64,000 nt of DNA, from NCBI GenBank assembly GCA_038087875.1, contig CM075990.1, positions 16,804,001 to 16,868,000 on the forward strand, written 5' to 3'. Position numbers and translations under genes: made by a program. The DNA is from Malacoraja senta (taxonomy: Eukaryota). Below the pieces are notes generated by a model, which saw nothing but the letters and a program-made list of their open reading frames with translations, was not told the origin of the DNA and ran no database searches. Numbering within the stretch: position 1 is the first letter of the stretch; every line of letters begins with the position of its first letter. Positions 1 through 13,148 of the stretch are shown here, piece by piece.

Positions 1-175
1 TCGGGAGAATTTGTGAGTAACTCGGGAAAGTGGGACAGACCCTTAAGAGTCAAGAGTGGCGCAGTGGAAGAGCCGCTGCCTCACGGCGCCCAGAGATCCG
101 GGTTCCGATCCTGACTGCAGGGTGCTGTCTGTGTGGAGTTTGCACGTTCTCACCCGACCGCGTGGGTTTTTCTCC

Positions 176-375
176 NNNNNNNNNNNNNNNNNNNNNNNNN
201 NNNNNNNNNNNNNNNNNNNNNNNNNNNNNNNNNNNNNNNNNNNNNNNNNNNNNNNNNNNNNNNNNNNNNNNNNNNNNNNNNNNNNNNNNNNNNNNNNNNN
301 NNNNNNNNNNNNNNNNNNNNNNNNNNNNNNNNNNNNNNNNNNNNNNNNNNNNNNNNNNNNNNNNNNNNNNNNNNN
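176..375. other. Assembly gap (200 N)
   Basis: Run of N from 176 to 375. Confidence 0.99.
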
Positions 376-1444
376 TAATTAAATTTATACATGGTTACCT
401 ATTAATTCAAGTACTCTGAATCACCCCTAATCCTAGTGTTCTGCTGGACATGCAGTGCCTTCCATCAGTTCTGGTTGAGGGAAGTGCCGCCTGCTGTTTT
501 TTGTAGGTTTATCATCCAAAGCACTGGTCAGCGTTCAAACGATGTGTTGCCACAGCTGGTAGAGTGTGAGAGTGTGAAAGAACCAAGTTCAATCCTGATA
601 TCGGGTGCTGTCTGTGTGGAGTTTGCACATTCTCCCTGTGACTCTTTGTGGGTTCTCACCGGGCGCTCCATCCCAAAGATGTAGGGGGTTTGTAGGTTAA
701 TTGGCCCTCTGTATAAATTGCTCCTAGAGTGTACGGAGTGGATGAGAAAGTGGGATAACATAGAACTGGTGTGAACGGGTGATCGATGGTTGGCATGGAC
801 TCGGTGGGCCGAAGGGCCTCTTTCCAAGCTGCATCTCCAAACCAAGCTACAGCTAAACCTGCACCTAAAGCACAGATCGACCACTTCTCCATTTAGTGTG
901 TGTGTGTTGGTGCAAACACAACAAGTGGTGCAGTTGCCAACGAAACAATCCATGTGCTGAAAGCTAGTTCCGAGCAGCACCACGGACTGCATCACACAAG
1001 ATGGCTTTTTTGGTTTAAATCTTCACATAAAAGGAGAACAGCGGTCCTTATACCTGGGACTGCCCGTCCAGAAGCCCCAACAGGGTAGAATTATTGAACA
1101 TGTCTCAAACACCACAGAGCTGTTGGCACAAACATATTTTGTCCCCGCACACAAGGAAAGGAATATAAAATTTCTAGAAACCCATTAGATAACGGAGAAT
1201 ACTTCAAAGCATCTCAGTTATTTGTAGTTATAATTAGGTTATTTGGCTGGAAGATAGGAAATGAGTACGTGGATGGTGCCTGCTGTGCATGTTGCCAGAG
1301 CGTTCAATGTCATTGATGTCCTTTTGTGTTCCATTGCTTTCATCTTTCGAGGACCAGTTGCTATGAATCTTTTGGGACTTTGGGGAAATTACTCTGCATA
1401 TTATCACTACAGCCACTCTTGGTCAAGAGGGATATAGAGTAATT

Positions 1445-1740
1445 AGTTTAGTTTAGAGATGCAACGCAGAAACAGGCCCTTCGGCCCACAGGGTCCACGC
1501 CGACCAGCGATCCCAGCACACTAACATTATCCTACACCCACTAGGGACAATTTTTACATTTACCAAGCCAATTAACCTACAAACCTGCACGTCTTTGGAA
1601 TGTGGGAGGAAACCGAAGATCTCGGAGAAAACCCACGCACGTACAAACTCCGTACAGACAGCACCCGTAGTCGAGATTGAACCCATGTCTCTGGCACTGC
1701 ATTCGCTGTAAGGCAGCAACTCTACCGCTATGCCACCATG
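1445..1740 (-). mobile_element. HE1-like SINE (representative - copy; others near 17195-17497, 19320-19620, 20068-20340, 42608-42910, 47317-47580, 48555-48760, 49575-49850, 51565-51857)
   Basis: Reverse complement of the same SINE consensus. Confidence 0.88.
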
Positions 1741-1989
1741 CGCAGTAACCAGACCATTCGGCCCACCATATCTGTGATATTCTGCTCATCCCATTTCTCA
1801 TCTCTCTGCCTGTATTTATACCATTGTATTTCCTGAGCTTGTCTAAATAATTCTCTAAGGTCTCCGCATCCATCCACCCGCTCAGTTTAGTTTAGTGTCA
1901 CGTGTGCAGAGCTACAGTGAAAAGCTTTTGTTGCGTGCTATCCAGTCAGCGGAAAGACGAGTAGTATGTTCCAGATTCTCTCTGTGTGG

Positions 1990-2383
1990 ACAGACAATAG
2001 ACAATATGTGCAGGAGTAGGCCATTTGACCCTTCGAGCCAGCACCACCATTCAATGTGATCATGGCTGACCATCCCCAATCAATACCCCATTCCTGCCTT
2101 CTCCCCATATCCCCTGACTCCGCTATTTTTAAGAGCCCTATCTAGCTCTCTCTTGAAAGTATCCAGAGAACCTGCCTCCACCGCCCTCTGAGGCAGAGAA
2201 TTCCACAGACTCACCACTCTCTGTGAGAAAAAGTGTTTTCTTGTCTCCGTTCTAAATGGCTTACTCCTTATTCTTAAACTGTGGCCCCTGGTTCTGGACC
2301 ACAGTTTAAGAATAAGGAGTAAGCCATTTAGAACGGAGACGAGGAAACACTTTTTCTCAGAGAGTGGTGTGTCTGTGGAATTC
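1990..2383 (-). mobile_element. CR1 3' fragment (TATTGTC-tail subfamily) with inverted 5' segment
   Basis: Matches 8428-8750 and 50695-51105; 2299-2383 is an inverted copy of 2198-2284. Confidence 0.85.
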
Positions 2384-2605
2384 TTCCTCGTCCATTCACA
2401 ATTTCCAAGCCCTTACCTTAAACTGGCCGGCACATTAGTGCAGCGGGTAGAGCTGCTGCGTCGCAGCGCCAGAGGCTTGGGTTCGATCCTGACTATGGGT
2501 GCCGTCTGTATGGAATTTGTACGTTTTCCCTGTGACCTGCATGGGTTTTCTCTGGGTGCTCCGGTTCCCTCCCACACTCCAAAGACATACAGGTTTGTAG
2601 GCTAA

Positions 2606-3197
2606 GTGTTAAAGAAGGAACTGCAGATGCTGGAAAATCGAAGGTACACAAAAATGCTGGAGAAACTCAGCGGGTGCAGCAGCATCTATGGAGCGAAGGA
2701 AATAGGTAACGTTTCGGGCCGAAACCCTTCTTCAGACTGATAGGGGGTGGGGAGAAGAAAGGAAAAAAGGAAAAGGAGGAGGAGGAGCCCGAGGGCTGGG
2801 GGAGGGGAGGAGACAACCAGATGGCTGATGAAGGGGAGGGGACAGCCAGGGCTAGCAGAATTGGGAGAATTCAACGTTCAGGCCACAGCGAGCAACACCG
2901 TAAATTGGAGGAAATGCACCTCATATTCCGCTTGGGCAGTCTACATCCTGGGGGCTTGAACATTGAATTCTCCCAATTCTGCTAGCCCTTGCTGTCCCCT
3001 CCCCTTCATCAGCCATCTGGTTGTCTCCTCCCCTCCCCCAGCCCTCGGGCTCCTCCTCCTCCTTTTCCTTTTTTCCTTTCTTCTCCCCACCCCCTATCAG
3101 TCTGAAGAAGGGTTTCGGCCCGAAACGTTACCTATTTCCTTCGCTCCATAGATGCTGCTGCACCCGCTGAGTTTCTCCAGCATTTTTGTGTACCTTC
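2606..3197. mobile_element. Shorter PLE fold-back of the same family, inserted in an HE1-type SINE
   Basis: Arms about 2640-2884 and 2952-3197; TSD CAGGTTTGTAGGCTAA at 2590-2605 and 3197-3212; nearly identical to the ends of 21122-22476. Confidence 0.9.
3102..3130 (+). ncRNA. Minimal hammerhead-ribozyme-like motif in the PLE terminal repeat (representative; others at 10472, 18720, 20844, 22347, 41248 on + and in many minus-strand arms)
   Basis: CTGAAGA + extra A + GGG-TTTCGG-CCC stem II + GAAA-CG-T-T; PLE terminal repeats are known to carry minimal hammerheads. Activity not shown. Confidence 0.65.
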
Positions 3198-3610
3198 AGG
3201 TTTGTAGGCTAATTGGCTTTGGTAAAATTGTAAATTGTACATTGTCCCTAGTGTGTGTAGGATAGCGTTAGTGTGCGGGGATCGCTGGTCGGCGTGGACT
3301 CCGTAGGCCGAAGGGCCTGTTTCAAGGCTGTATCTCCAAACTATACTATACTAAACATGTCTTTGTGTCATGGACTCCCCAGCTCAGGAGAAAGGTTTCT
3401 CACTATCAGACCCATCAACACACTTAACTGTTTTGTGTGTGTCTCTGTCAGGTTCCCTCCTCAGCTTCCTGCACTTCCTACAAAACAAACCCAGCCTATC
3501 CAGTATCTCACAGCTAATAGACAATAGACAATAGGTGCAAGAGTAGGCCATTCGGCCCTTTAAACCAGCACCGCCATTCAATATGATCATGGCTGATCAT
3601 CCACAATCAG

Positions 3611-3907
3611 TAATAATAATAATAATAATAATGGATGGGATTTATATAGCGCCTTTCTAATACTCAAGGCGCTTTACATCGCATTATTCATTCTCTCCTC
3701 AGTCACACTCGGTGGTGGTGAGCTACTTCTGTAGCCACAGCTGCCCTGGGGCAGACTGACAGAAGCGTGGCTGCTAATCTGCGCCTACGGCCCCTCCGAC
3801 CACCACCAATCACTCACACACATTCACACACATTCACACGCAGGCAAAGGTGGGTGAAGTGTCTTGCCCAAGGACACAACGACAGTATGCACTCCAAGCG
3901 GGATTCG
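3611..3907 (-). mobile_element. 5'-truncated CORE-type SINE with L2-like tail (AFC-like), inserted in a CR1 fragment
   Basis: Minus strand: TGTGTCCTTGGGCAAGACACTTCACC core, GTAAAGCGCCTTGAG..AAAGGCGCTATATAAAT, (TTA)n tail; host CR1 at 3517-3610 resumes at 3908-3985. Confidence 0.7.
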
Positions 3908-4914
3908 TTTCTGTTCCTGCCTTCTCCCCATAGCCCCTGACTCCGCTATCTTCAAGAGCCCTATCTAGCTCTCTCTCTTGAACATTAGACACTCCATCCT
4001 GGTGAATCTCCTCAGGTTCCTCTTCCATGTGTACCAAACCCGCCAGTGCGAACTGTAATTCACAAAATTAACACAAGCTTATTGGGACTGGTGGCATCTA
4101 AAGCATCTGGTGCTCAAAATGGTTTCATGACTGTCATAAGTATAGATGAATGTTCTGTAACATTGTGCACTGCTAGTCGTGGCTGAGGTTGTTACCTGAA
4201 GCTTCAGGAGGAGGGAGACATGAAAAGCTGGAGTAACTCAGCGGGTCAGGCAGCATCTCTGGAGAAGAGGAATAGGTGACAGTTTGGGTTGAGACCCTTC
4301 TTCAGACTGGGAGTCAGGGGAGAGGGGAAACTAGAGATATGGATGGGTAAGACGTGAAAACAACAGATCAAAACAGGCGATGATCCAAGGAATTGTGGAA
4401 TGATTTATTGTTAGCTGAAGGGAAGGTGAGAACGAGGCATTAATCTGTAGCATTAATCAGGAGGATTGAAACTAGTCAGAGAACTGGGGTGGGGGAGGGA
4501 CGGAGAGAGAGGGAGAGCAAGGGTTACTTGACATTAGAGAAATCAATATTCACAGCGCTGGGTTGTAAACCCAACCAAAGCAATCTACACTCTCCCCATT
4601 TGCTGCTTCAGAGGGTAAACTTTGAGCAGGCCTGCATGGATAATTTACTCATTGACTAAAACTTACAGTGTGATCGTTTGCAGTGAACTAACATTTCCCT
4701 ACATGAGGTCAGATGATCACAAGCCGTGCACTAAATCAGGACGGCCAACTTTGCTTGCCGATGGTTCTTGATTAGTACGGGTGTCAGGGGTGATGGGGAG
4801 AAGGCAGGAGAATGGGGTCGACAGGGAAAGATACGATTGAATGGCGGAGTAGACTTGATGGGCCGAATGGTCTAAATTCTGGACCTAGAACTTATGAACT
4901 TATAAAGAAAGTAA

Positions 4915-5233
4915 TGGGCCTGTCCCACTTGGCGATGTTTCAGGCAATTGCTGGCGACTGTCATAGTCGTAGCGGGTCGCCGTAAAACCGGCGCCAACCT
5001 GTGTCATCCTGGCGACAACCTACGACAGCACCTACGTCAGGAGAAGTCAAGCTACGCTCATTGGCGTCAAACCCACTGTCACCGAAAATGTTCCAACCTG
5101 TTGAAAATTTAGCGGCGACCAGAAAGACGCTCCGGCTCTTTGCGCGACTGAGGAGACGACTCCCGGCGAACATGTGGCGACAAACTAGTCGCCTGTAGTT
5201 GCCTAAAAAAATCACCTAAGTGGGACAGGCCCT
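4915..5233. mobile_element. PIF/Harbinger-type MITE (TIR GGGCCTGTCCCACTT)
   Basis: TIRs at both ends; flanks TAA / TGA (imperfect); ends about 120 nt upstream of the 5352 exon. Confidence 0.8.
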
Positions 5234-5240
5234 TGACTGA

Positions 5241-5564
<324 letters not shown>

Positions 5565-6111
5565 TAGATTGAGCCTGTGGATTATTAAGTCCATTAAAAG
5601 ATCCCAATTTACTGAATAGTCAATAAAGCACAGAGGGAGTTGCGCACTCACGGGTCCAGCAAAGATCTAAGGTCGGAAAATGAGCAAGTAAATCACCACC
5701 TGAAGCCTTCGTTTACCGGGAGACACAGTTTAGAGTTGTTGGGGTTTTGACGCAAGTATCCTGCAGTACACTAACCACAGGCATGGCCATTCTGTTCATC
5801 TTCCTGACAAAATGCTTTGATGTGTGTTTTACCGCATAGGAATGAAGGTTATTTCATTGTCGTGCGTACTGACAATGGAACAATGAATTTCTCACTTGCT
5901 CCAACGCACCAGGCCCATACATGCTATAACTCACAGATAAATATTTAATAGTTCAATAATACAACAATACATCAATAATTGTGGTACTAGGCAGCCATAA
6001 TAGTGGGAAAACCGAAGTCTATAGTGCAACAAAGGCACCGGCTGTAGAAGATCATAGTTGGTGTCATCGAGTTATACAGCATGCCAACAGCATCTTAAAC
6101 GCCACTATCGT

Positions 6112-6339
6112 ATCTGGAACTCTCTGCCACAGAGGGTAGTCGAGGCCAGTTCATTGGCTATATTTAAGAGGGAGTTAGATGTGGCCCTTGTGGCTAAAGG
6201 GATCAGAGGGTATGGAGAGAAGGCAGGTACGGGATACTGAGTTGGATGATCAGCCATGATCATATTGAATGGCGGTGCAGGCTCGAAGGGCCGAATGGCC
6301 TACTCCTGCACCTAATTTCTATGTTTCTATGTTTCTATG
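6112..6339 (+). mobile_element. CR1 3' fragment, TTTCTATG-tail subfamily
   Basis: Encodes WNSLPQRVVEASSLAIFKRELD...GTGY and carries the matching 3' UTR and tail. Confidence 0.9.
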
Positions 6340-6419
6340 TATCTGTTTCCACCCCATGCCAGTGCGTTCTAGGCCCCCACTATTCTCCGTGTGAAATAAA
6401 AGCTCCACACATCTCCATG

Positions 6420-7350
6420 AATCATTCCCCCTCTCACCTTATAGCAATGCCCTCTCGTGTTGGACATTTCCACCTTGGGAAAAAGGTTCTGAGTGTCTAC
6501 CCTATCTATGTCTGTCACGATTTTATACACTTCTATCAAGTCTCCTCGCAACCTCCGGTGTTTCCAGGGAAAACAATCCAAGGCAGTCCAACCTCTCCCT
6601 GTAGCTGACCCCCTCTGATCCAGGCAGCGTTCTGGTGAACCACCAAAGTTCCAAGTTGTTCCTGCAGTGTGACAACCAGAACTGTACGCAATACTCACAA
6701 TGTGGCCTAACCAAAGTCCGACAGAGCTGCATCATGACTTCCTGACTCTTACATTCAATGCCCCTAGCAATGAAGGCAAGCATTCCATAAGCCTTCTCAA
6801 CCACCCTATCTCCTTGTCCACCACCTTTGGTTACCTATCAACCTGGACCCCAAGATCCCTCTGCACATCGACGCTGTTGAGGGACTTGCCATTAACTGTA
6901 TACGCTCCCCTTCCACTCTACCTCCCAGTGTGCAACACCGCACTCTTGCCTGGGTTCAACTCCATCTGCTAGTTCTCTGCTGCCCATTTCTGCAGCTGAC
7001 CTATATCCCACTACAGCTTCTGACACCCTTCCTCACTGTCTGCAACTCCTCCAATGTTGGTGTCGTCAGCAAACCTACTAACCTGCCCATCTACATTTAT
7101 GCCCAGGTCATTTATATATATATATATCACAACAGCAGAGGTCCTAGTGCAGTTCCCTGTGGGACTCCACTGGTCACAGATCTCCAGCCTACTGTCCACT
7201 GCAACCCTCTGCCTTCTATGAATAAGCCATTTCTGAATCTATAAGACCAAGTCATCGTGAATCCGTACATCTTAATCTTCCAGATCAGCTTACCATGAGT
7301 GACCTTATCAAAAGCCAGACTAAAATCCATGTAGACAACATCCCCCCCCA
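6420..7350 (-). mobile_element. Older degenerate CR1/HER1-like LINE RT fragment
   Basis: Minus-strand ORF pieces: DVVYMDFSLAFDKV, TSGVPQG, RFADDT, LVRPHCEYCVQFW, LRGDLIEVYK. Confidence 0.85.
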
Positions 7351-8427
7351 CAACTTCATCACCTCAATTATCGGTTATAATGCATAATAAAAGGCTCATG
7401 CACAGTAATGTATAGAACATGTTTAGAGTAATATGGACAAAGAGTGGGCAGGTGGGATTAGAGTAGATGGGGCATCTTGGTTGGCATGGGCAAGTTGGGC
7501 TGAAGGGTCTGTTTCCGTGTTATCTGACCATGACTCTCAACTTCTCAATGTCAGACCAGCAGTCCATCCAGTTAGAGCCAGTGGATGGGTCAAGAGAGCG
7601 GCGAGGGTATAATGTGAGGTTGATGTACTGATGATAACATTAAAGATGATATTCTCAGGAGCAGGCTACTTGAAACGGTTGCCTGATTTATTGATCTGCA
7701 AAACTCTGAAGATACCTGATGATTGCGAATCCAATTACTCCACCGTCACTGAAAAGCTCATCCCAACAGATCTGAGACTGGGTCAGAGAGCTCAGCCTCT
7801 GATCAAGAGTAAACACGATGGTGATGTCAGCGAATTCCAGCAGTTTGATTAAGGATAAAACACTTTTGAGCCAGAACCTTTTCCCGTGACCTCTGTTGGA
7901 GGCAATGATCTCTGTACGTGTGAAGCTTTTGTTGTGGGCCACTTCCGATCCTTCACTGCCAGGTGCATTGCAATCGGCTAACATAAGTTGCTATGGTGGC
8001 ATAATGGTGAAATTAAACCTCCCTCGATCCAATGGTCTATAGGGTCAATTTCAAGGTGCCTAACCCTAATCCCAACACACAAGGTGGGCAGCATGTGCAA
8101 GATAGACACAAAATGCTGGAGTAACTCAGCGGGACAGGCAGCATCGCTGGAGAGAAGGTACGGGTGACGTTTCGGGTCGAGACCCTTCTTCAGACTGGGC
8201 AATTTGTCAGGAAGAAATAAGAGTCAGGAAATTAAGAATCAGGAAGTCACGATGCAGAGCTTCATAGGGCAGTGTGGGTGTCAAAGGTTACGGGGAGAAG
8301 GCGGGAGTAAGGGGTTGAGAGGGAAAGATAGATCAGCCATGATTGAATGACGCAACAGACTCAATGGGCCGAATGGCCTAATTCTGTTCCAATGACTGAT
8401 GAAATGGTGAACTCCATAGGACTCTAG

Positions 8428-8750
8428 GGAGTCCAGAACCAGGGGCCACAGTTTAAGAATAAGGAGTAAGCCATTTAGAACAGAGACAAGGAAACACTTT
8501 TTCTCACAGAGAGTGGTGAGTCTGTGGAATTCTCTGCCTCAGAGGGCGGTGGAGGCCAGATCTCTCCATACTTTCAAGAGAGAGCTAGATAGGGCTCTTA
8601 AAGATAGGGGAGTCAGGGGATATGGGGAGAAGGCAGGAACGGGGTACTGATTGGGGATGATCAGCCATGATCACATTGAATGGCGGTGCTGGCTCATATG
8701 GGCCGAATGGCCTACTCTTGCATCTATTGTCTATTGTCCATTGTCTATTG
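8428..8750 (+). mobile_element. CR1 3' fragment (TATTGTC tail); related copies near 17620-17885 (+), 50695-51105 (-), 59970-60220 (+), 63683-63933 (+)
   Basis: Shared C-terminal coding sequence (RVVSLWNSLPQRAVEA) and 3' UTR. Confidence 0.85.
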
Positions 8751-11487
8751 GAGAGGGACAATATTGGCTATTGTCTATTGACTTTGGTTAGACTGCATTT
8801 GGAGTATTGTGTGCTTGTCCTCGTTACAGGAATGACGTGTAAGCTTTGGAAAGGATGCAGAGGATGTTTGCCAGAATGCTGCCTGCATTAGGTGGTATTA
8901 GCTATAAGAAGAGTTTGGACAAACTTGGATTGTTTTGTTTGGAACGTCAGAGGCTGGAGGGGATACCTGACAGACATGTATAAACTTACGTGAAGCATAG
9001 ATAGGATCGACAGTCAGAAACATTCTTTACCAATCTCATTGGAATTCCCGATTAACCGTTGAAACTTTCTTTGCCGCCCAGTAAAAATAATGCGGCATGC
9101 GGTAGAGTTGCAACCTCACAGCCCCAGAGACCCGGGTTCGATCCTGACTACGGGTGCTGTCTGTGCGGAGTTTGCATGTTCTCCCCGTGAGCTGCGTGGG
9201 TTTTCTCTGGGTGCTCCGGTTTCCTCCCACACTCCAAAGACGCACAGGTTTGTAGGTTAATTGGCTTGGTTTAATCATAGGTTATCCCGAGTGTGTGTCG
9301 GATAGTGCTAATGTGCAGGGATCGCTGGTCGGCACGGGCTCGGTGGGCTGAAGGGTCTGTTTCCGCCCTGTAATCTCTAAACTAAACTAAACTAAGATAT
9401 CAGTCTGCAGAAGGGTCTCGACCCGAAACGTCACCCACTCCTTCTCTCCAGAGATGCTGCCTGTCCCGCTGAGTTACTCCAGCATTTGTGTCGTCCTTAA
9501 AGTAAGATCTTGTCAGGAATCATGTGAATGCGTGGATGAATTATTTCAGACCAGACCTGTACACTCATCTGTGGTCTGTCCTTGATCCAACTCCAGCTGT
9601 GTTGGCCAACATCTGTATGTCTTGCAGCAATGGCATTCACTCTGAATGCCCCGTTAAGCTTTTGGAACGCAAGTTAATTATTTTAACAAGTTTGCAAGCA
9701 ATGTGGAGGAGATAAGTACTACTTAAGTAAATTGAAAGCATAAACTCGCACCCCGCAGCGAATTGACTCAGCAACCTGTAAACTACAATACTCCACTCGA
9801 TCTTCTAGTTAAAGATTCAGTGTGCAGGAAATAAAGAAGCTTGCTCTGTCCCCAGGTGCCACACATGCTCTACTGTCGTAGAGTAAAAAGCTGGAGTAAC
9901 TCAGCGGGACAGGCAGCATCTCTGGAGCGAAGGAATGGGTGACGTTTCGGGTCGAGACCCTTCTCCAGTCTCAGTTGTCACTCTTCTTTTGCCAATAGTT
10001 GCTGATGGACTATATATTTTTTATCATTCTCAAGATGTGGCCTCTATTTCGTATCTGATTGATTGATTGATCAGTCAGTATCAATCAGTGTCTATTTGGG
10101 AAGAAGGTCAGTTACCAACTTGGATTCCTACTGTCGATGGAAGTGACCACGTTACACTGCTATAAGGGAGGGAGTTTCAGGAAAGTAACAGCTTGGAGAC
10201 ACTGGTTCTTGTCATGCACCAGCTATGGAGTCATAGGGTCATACAGTATGGAAACAGGCCCTTCAGCCCAACTTGCCCATGCCGACCAACATGCCCCAAT
10301 CAAGTTAAACTCAAGTACAATAGGTAGAGCAAAGGGGAAGATACAGAGGGCAGAATATACGTAGTTCCCAGCATTGTATCGCACCAGCTCCAGGGGTGTC
10401 GAATTCTCACAGAAGGCTGAGTATTTGCAATAGATTCTAGGACAAAGCAACAATGCGATGGATTGATGAGTCTGAAGAAAGGTCTCGACCCGAAACAAAG
10501 CCTGAAGGAGGGTCTTGACCCGAAACGTCACCCATTCCTTCTCTCCAGAGATGCCGCCTGTCCCGCTGAGTTACTCTAGCATTTTGTGTCTATCTTTGAT
10601 TTAAACCGGCATCTGCAGTTCTTTCCCACCAATCTGATGGTGTTTACTGAGTTTCATGGGTTGCTGTTACTCTATGCATAGATGTATAACAATGGGTGAG
10701 TAATTGCCCTTATTTTCAACTTTGATCTTGTTAAACATATTGCATTTATTGATGGCGTTAGCTTGAAATGGATCATTAGAGCGGAGATAAAGGGCTTGAT
10801 GCAAAGCACTGAATGCAAAACGCTGTACAGCAAATTGTGTATTCCTGGGATTTATTGATTAAATTAGGGTTTCACTTTAATCTGACCCCGTTGTTACTGA
10901 ATTTACAGCATGGAAGTAGGCCCTCAGCCTAACTTTCGATATTCATTCATGGAGTTGTGAATGTGCGTGGTAATGCCAACATTTTGTTCTTGATGCCTGA
11001 ACTAAAACAGTTAGAAGCCAATGCTACGGGCATTCAAGATATAAAAACATGGGCCTGCTGATGCTGCGTGATACCATATACTGCCACAAGGCAGTGTTGT
11101 TACAGATGTGGGCACTCCGGTAGATAAAAAAGCAATTTCCTGTACTTTAACACAAGGAACTGCAGATGCTGGTTTACAAAAAAGACACAAAGTGCTAGAG
11201 TAACTCAGCGCATCAGGCAGCATCCCTGGAGGTAACGTTTTAGGTCAGGACCTTACTTCAGATTGAAGAAGGGTTCCAACCCGCTGAGTTACTCCAGCAT
11301 TTTGTGTCTAACTCGCCTAGCATATCTTGTAAGTGTAGCAAATGTTCTTCTCTGCAGGTCAGTCATGAATAGAGTGGGGGTTGACAATGCAGCAAGGAAC
11401 TCCACAGGTCAGGTTAAGCAGCATCTATGGAGGAAAAAGAATGGTTGCCACGGTCTAGTTGTTTCATGGTTACTAGAGGGAATACAC

Positions 11488-11901
11488 GCTAGAATTTAGC
11501 AGATTGAGGGGGGATCTTATAGAAACTTACAAAATTCTTAAGGGGTTGGACAGGCTAGATGCAGGAAGATTATTCCCGATGTTGGGGAAGTCCAGGACAA
11601 GGGGTCACAGCTTAAGGATAAGAGGGAAGGCTTTTAGGACTGAGATGAGAAATCATTTTTTACACAGAGAGTGGTGAATCTTTGGAATTCTCTGCCACAG
11701 AAGGTAGTTGAGGCCAGTTCATTGGCTATATTTAAGAGGGAGTTAGATGTGGCCCTTGTGGCTAAAGGGATCAGGGGGTATGGAGAGAAGGCAGGGATGG
11801 GATACTGAGTTGGATGATCAGCCATGATCATATCAAATGGCGGTGCAGGCTCGAAGGGCCGAATGGCCTACTCCTGCACCTATTTTCTATGTTTCTATGT
11901 T
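11488..11901 (+). mobile_element. CR1 3' fragment, TTTCTATG-tail subfamily
   Basis: Near-identical to 56933-57346. Confidence 0.9.
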
Positions 11902-12776
11902 AATATTCTCTAGCCCAAGTGGGTTGGTAATGGTTATGTTCCACATTAGACTTCCTGCTTCATGATGGACAAGCCTGGGTGGAGCTTTGTTTGCCTGTTC
12001 AAAACGAGTTCATCCGGTAGATATGTGTTGATGCCAATCGATATTAAGATGCTGACTTCTAAGGCCCACTTTAATATTTAATTGTGACTTTGCACATGCG
12101 GCAACAAGTGATGGTGATTGTACGTCAAGATACAGATACAGAGATCGCCCCTGATTTCAGTTTGAGCCCGCGATGGAATTCAGGCCCTGCCACAGTCAAC
12201 TAGCAGTCCGTGAACAGAGTGAGCCTCCAGGCTTGATAGCTTTGAGGAGATCGCACTTGGCCTCCTCATACAGAGTGGGGGACATCCATTTTAAGGCAGC
12301 ACCTCCTATAGATCGTTTCGATGGTGGGGAGGGGGTTCTCTTTGTACAAAATCCTTTTCGGAGGTTGCTATTAAACCTATACCCACCACACTATCACAGG
12401 GTGTATAACACCCCTCAAAACAAAAGCAGCATTAAAATTATCAACAAGGGCGGCACGGTGGCACAGCGGTAGAGTTGCTGCCTTACAGCTCCAGGGACCT
12501 GGGTCTGATCCTCACTACGGGTGCTGTCTGTATGGAGTTTGTACGTTCTCCCCGTGACGTGCGTGGGTTTTCTCCGGTTTCCTCCCACACCTCAAAAACG
12601 CACAGGGTTGTAGGTTCATTGGTTTGGTACAAATGTAAATTGTCCCTCGTGTGTGTGTGTAGGATAGTGTTAGTGTGCGGGGATCGCTGGTCGATGCGGA
12701 CTTGGTGGATCGGCCTGTTTCCGCGCTGTATCTCGATACTAAACTAATCTACAAGCACCTCTTATTCTTTCACCTT

Positions 12777-13148
12777 TTTTTGTTTATTTTCCTACAGTGA
12801 CAGTGTACCAGAAGGTACAACAATGTCCGATCGTCACCTTGCATGTGACAGTGTACCAGAAGGTACAACAATGTCCGATCGTCACCTTGCATGTGACAGT
12901 GTACCAGAAGGTACAACAATGTCCGATCGTCACCTTGCATCAGGCAATCATTATAATACAATGATGCCATCTTTCTCTACAATGCGCTCGAAGGCCCCCG
13001 CAGCGACACGCGAGCACGGATGGCCTCCAGAGTCCCCGTGGACACCGCGTGTTCCTTCTCCAGGGACACACGAGCACGGACATAGGCCCGGAAGAGGGGC
13101 AGGCAGCCGACTCTGGTGTGACCATTGACTACTCGCTGCCTGGACCCG
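12777..13148 (-). mobile_element. 5'-truncated Tx1/L1-clade retrotransposon with poly(A) end and 14-bp TSD
   Basis: TSD TATTCTTTCACCTT at 12763-12776 and 13149-13162; AATAAA plus short A-tail on the minus strand; peptide SRQR...CLPLFRAYVRARVSLEKEHAVSTGTLEA resembles Tx1-type ORF2 C-termini (recalled). Confidence 0.75.
12797..12940. repeat. Perfect 48-bp tandem repeat x3 inside the Tx1 3' UTR
   Basis: GTGACAGTGTACCAGAAGGTACAACAATGTCCGATCGTCACCTTGCAT at 12797, 12845, 12893. Confidence 0.97.

Noticed and set aside
30..419. ORFs containing X runs
   Set aside because: Artefacts of the 200-N gap.
12797..12940. Tandem repeats (48, 34, 66, 68 bp) as CRISPR-like arrays
   Set aside because: No unique spacers, no cas genes, and the context is vertebrate intron.
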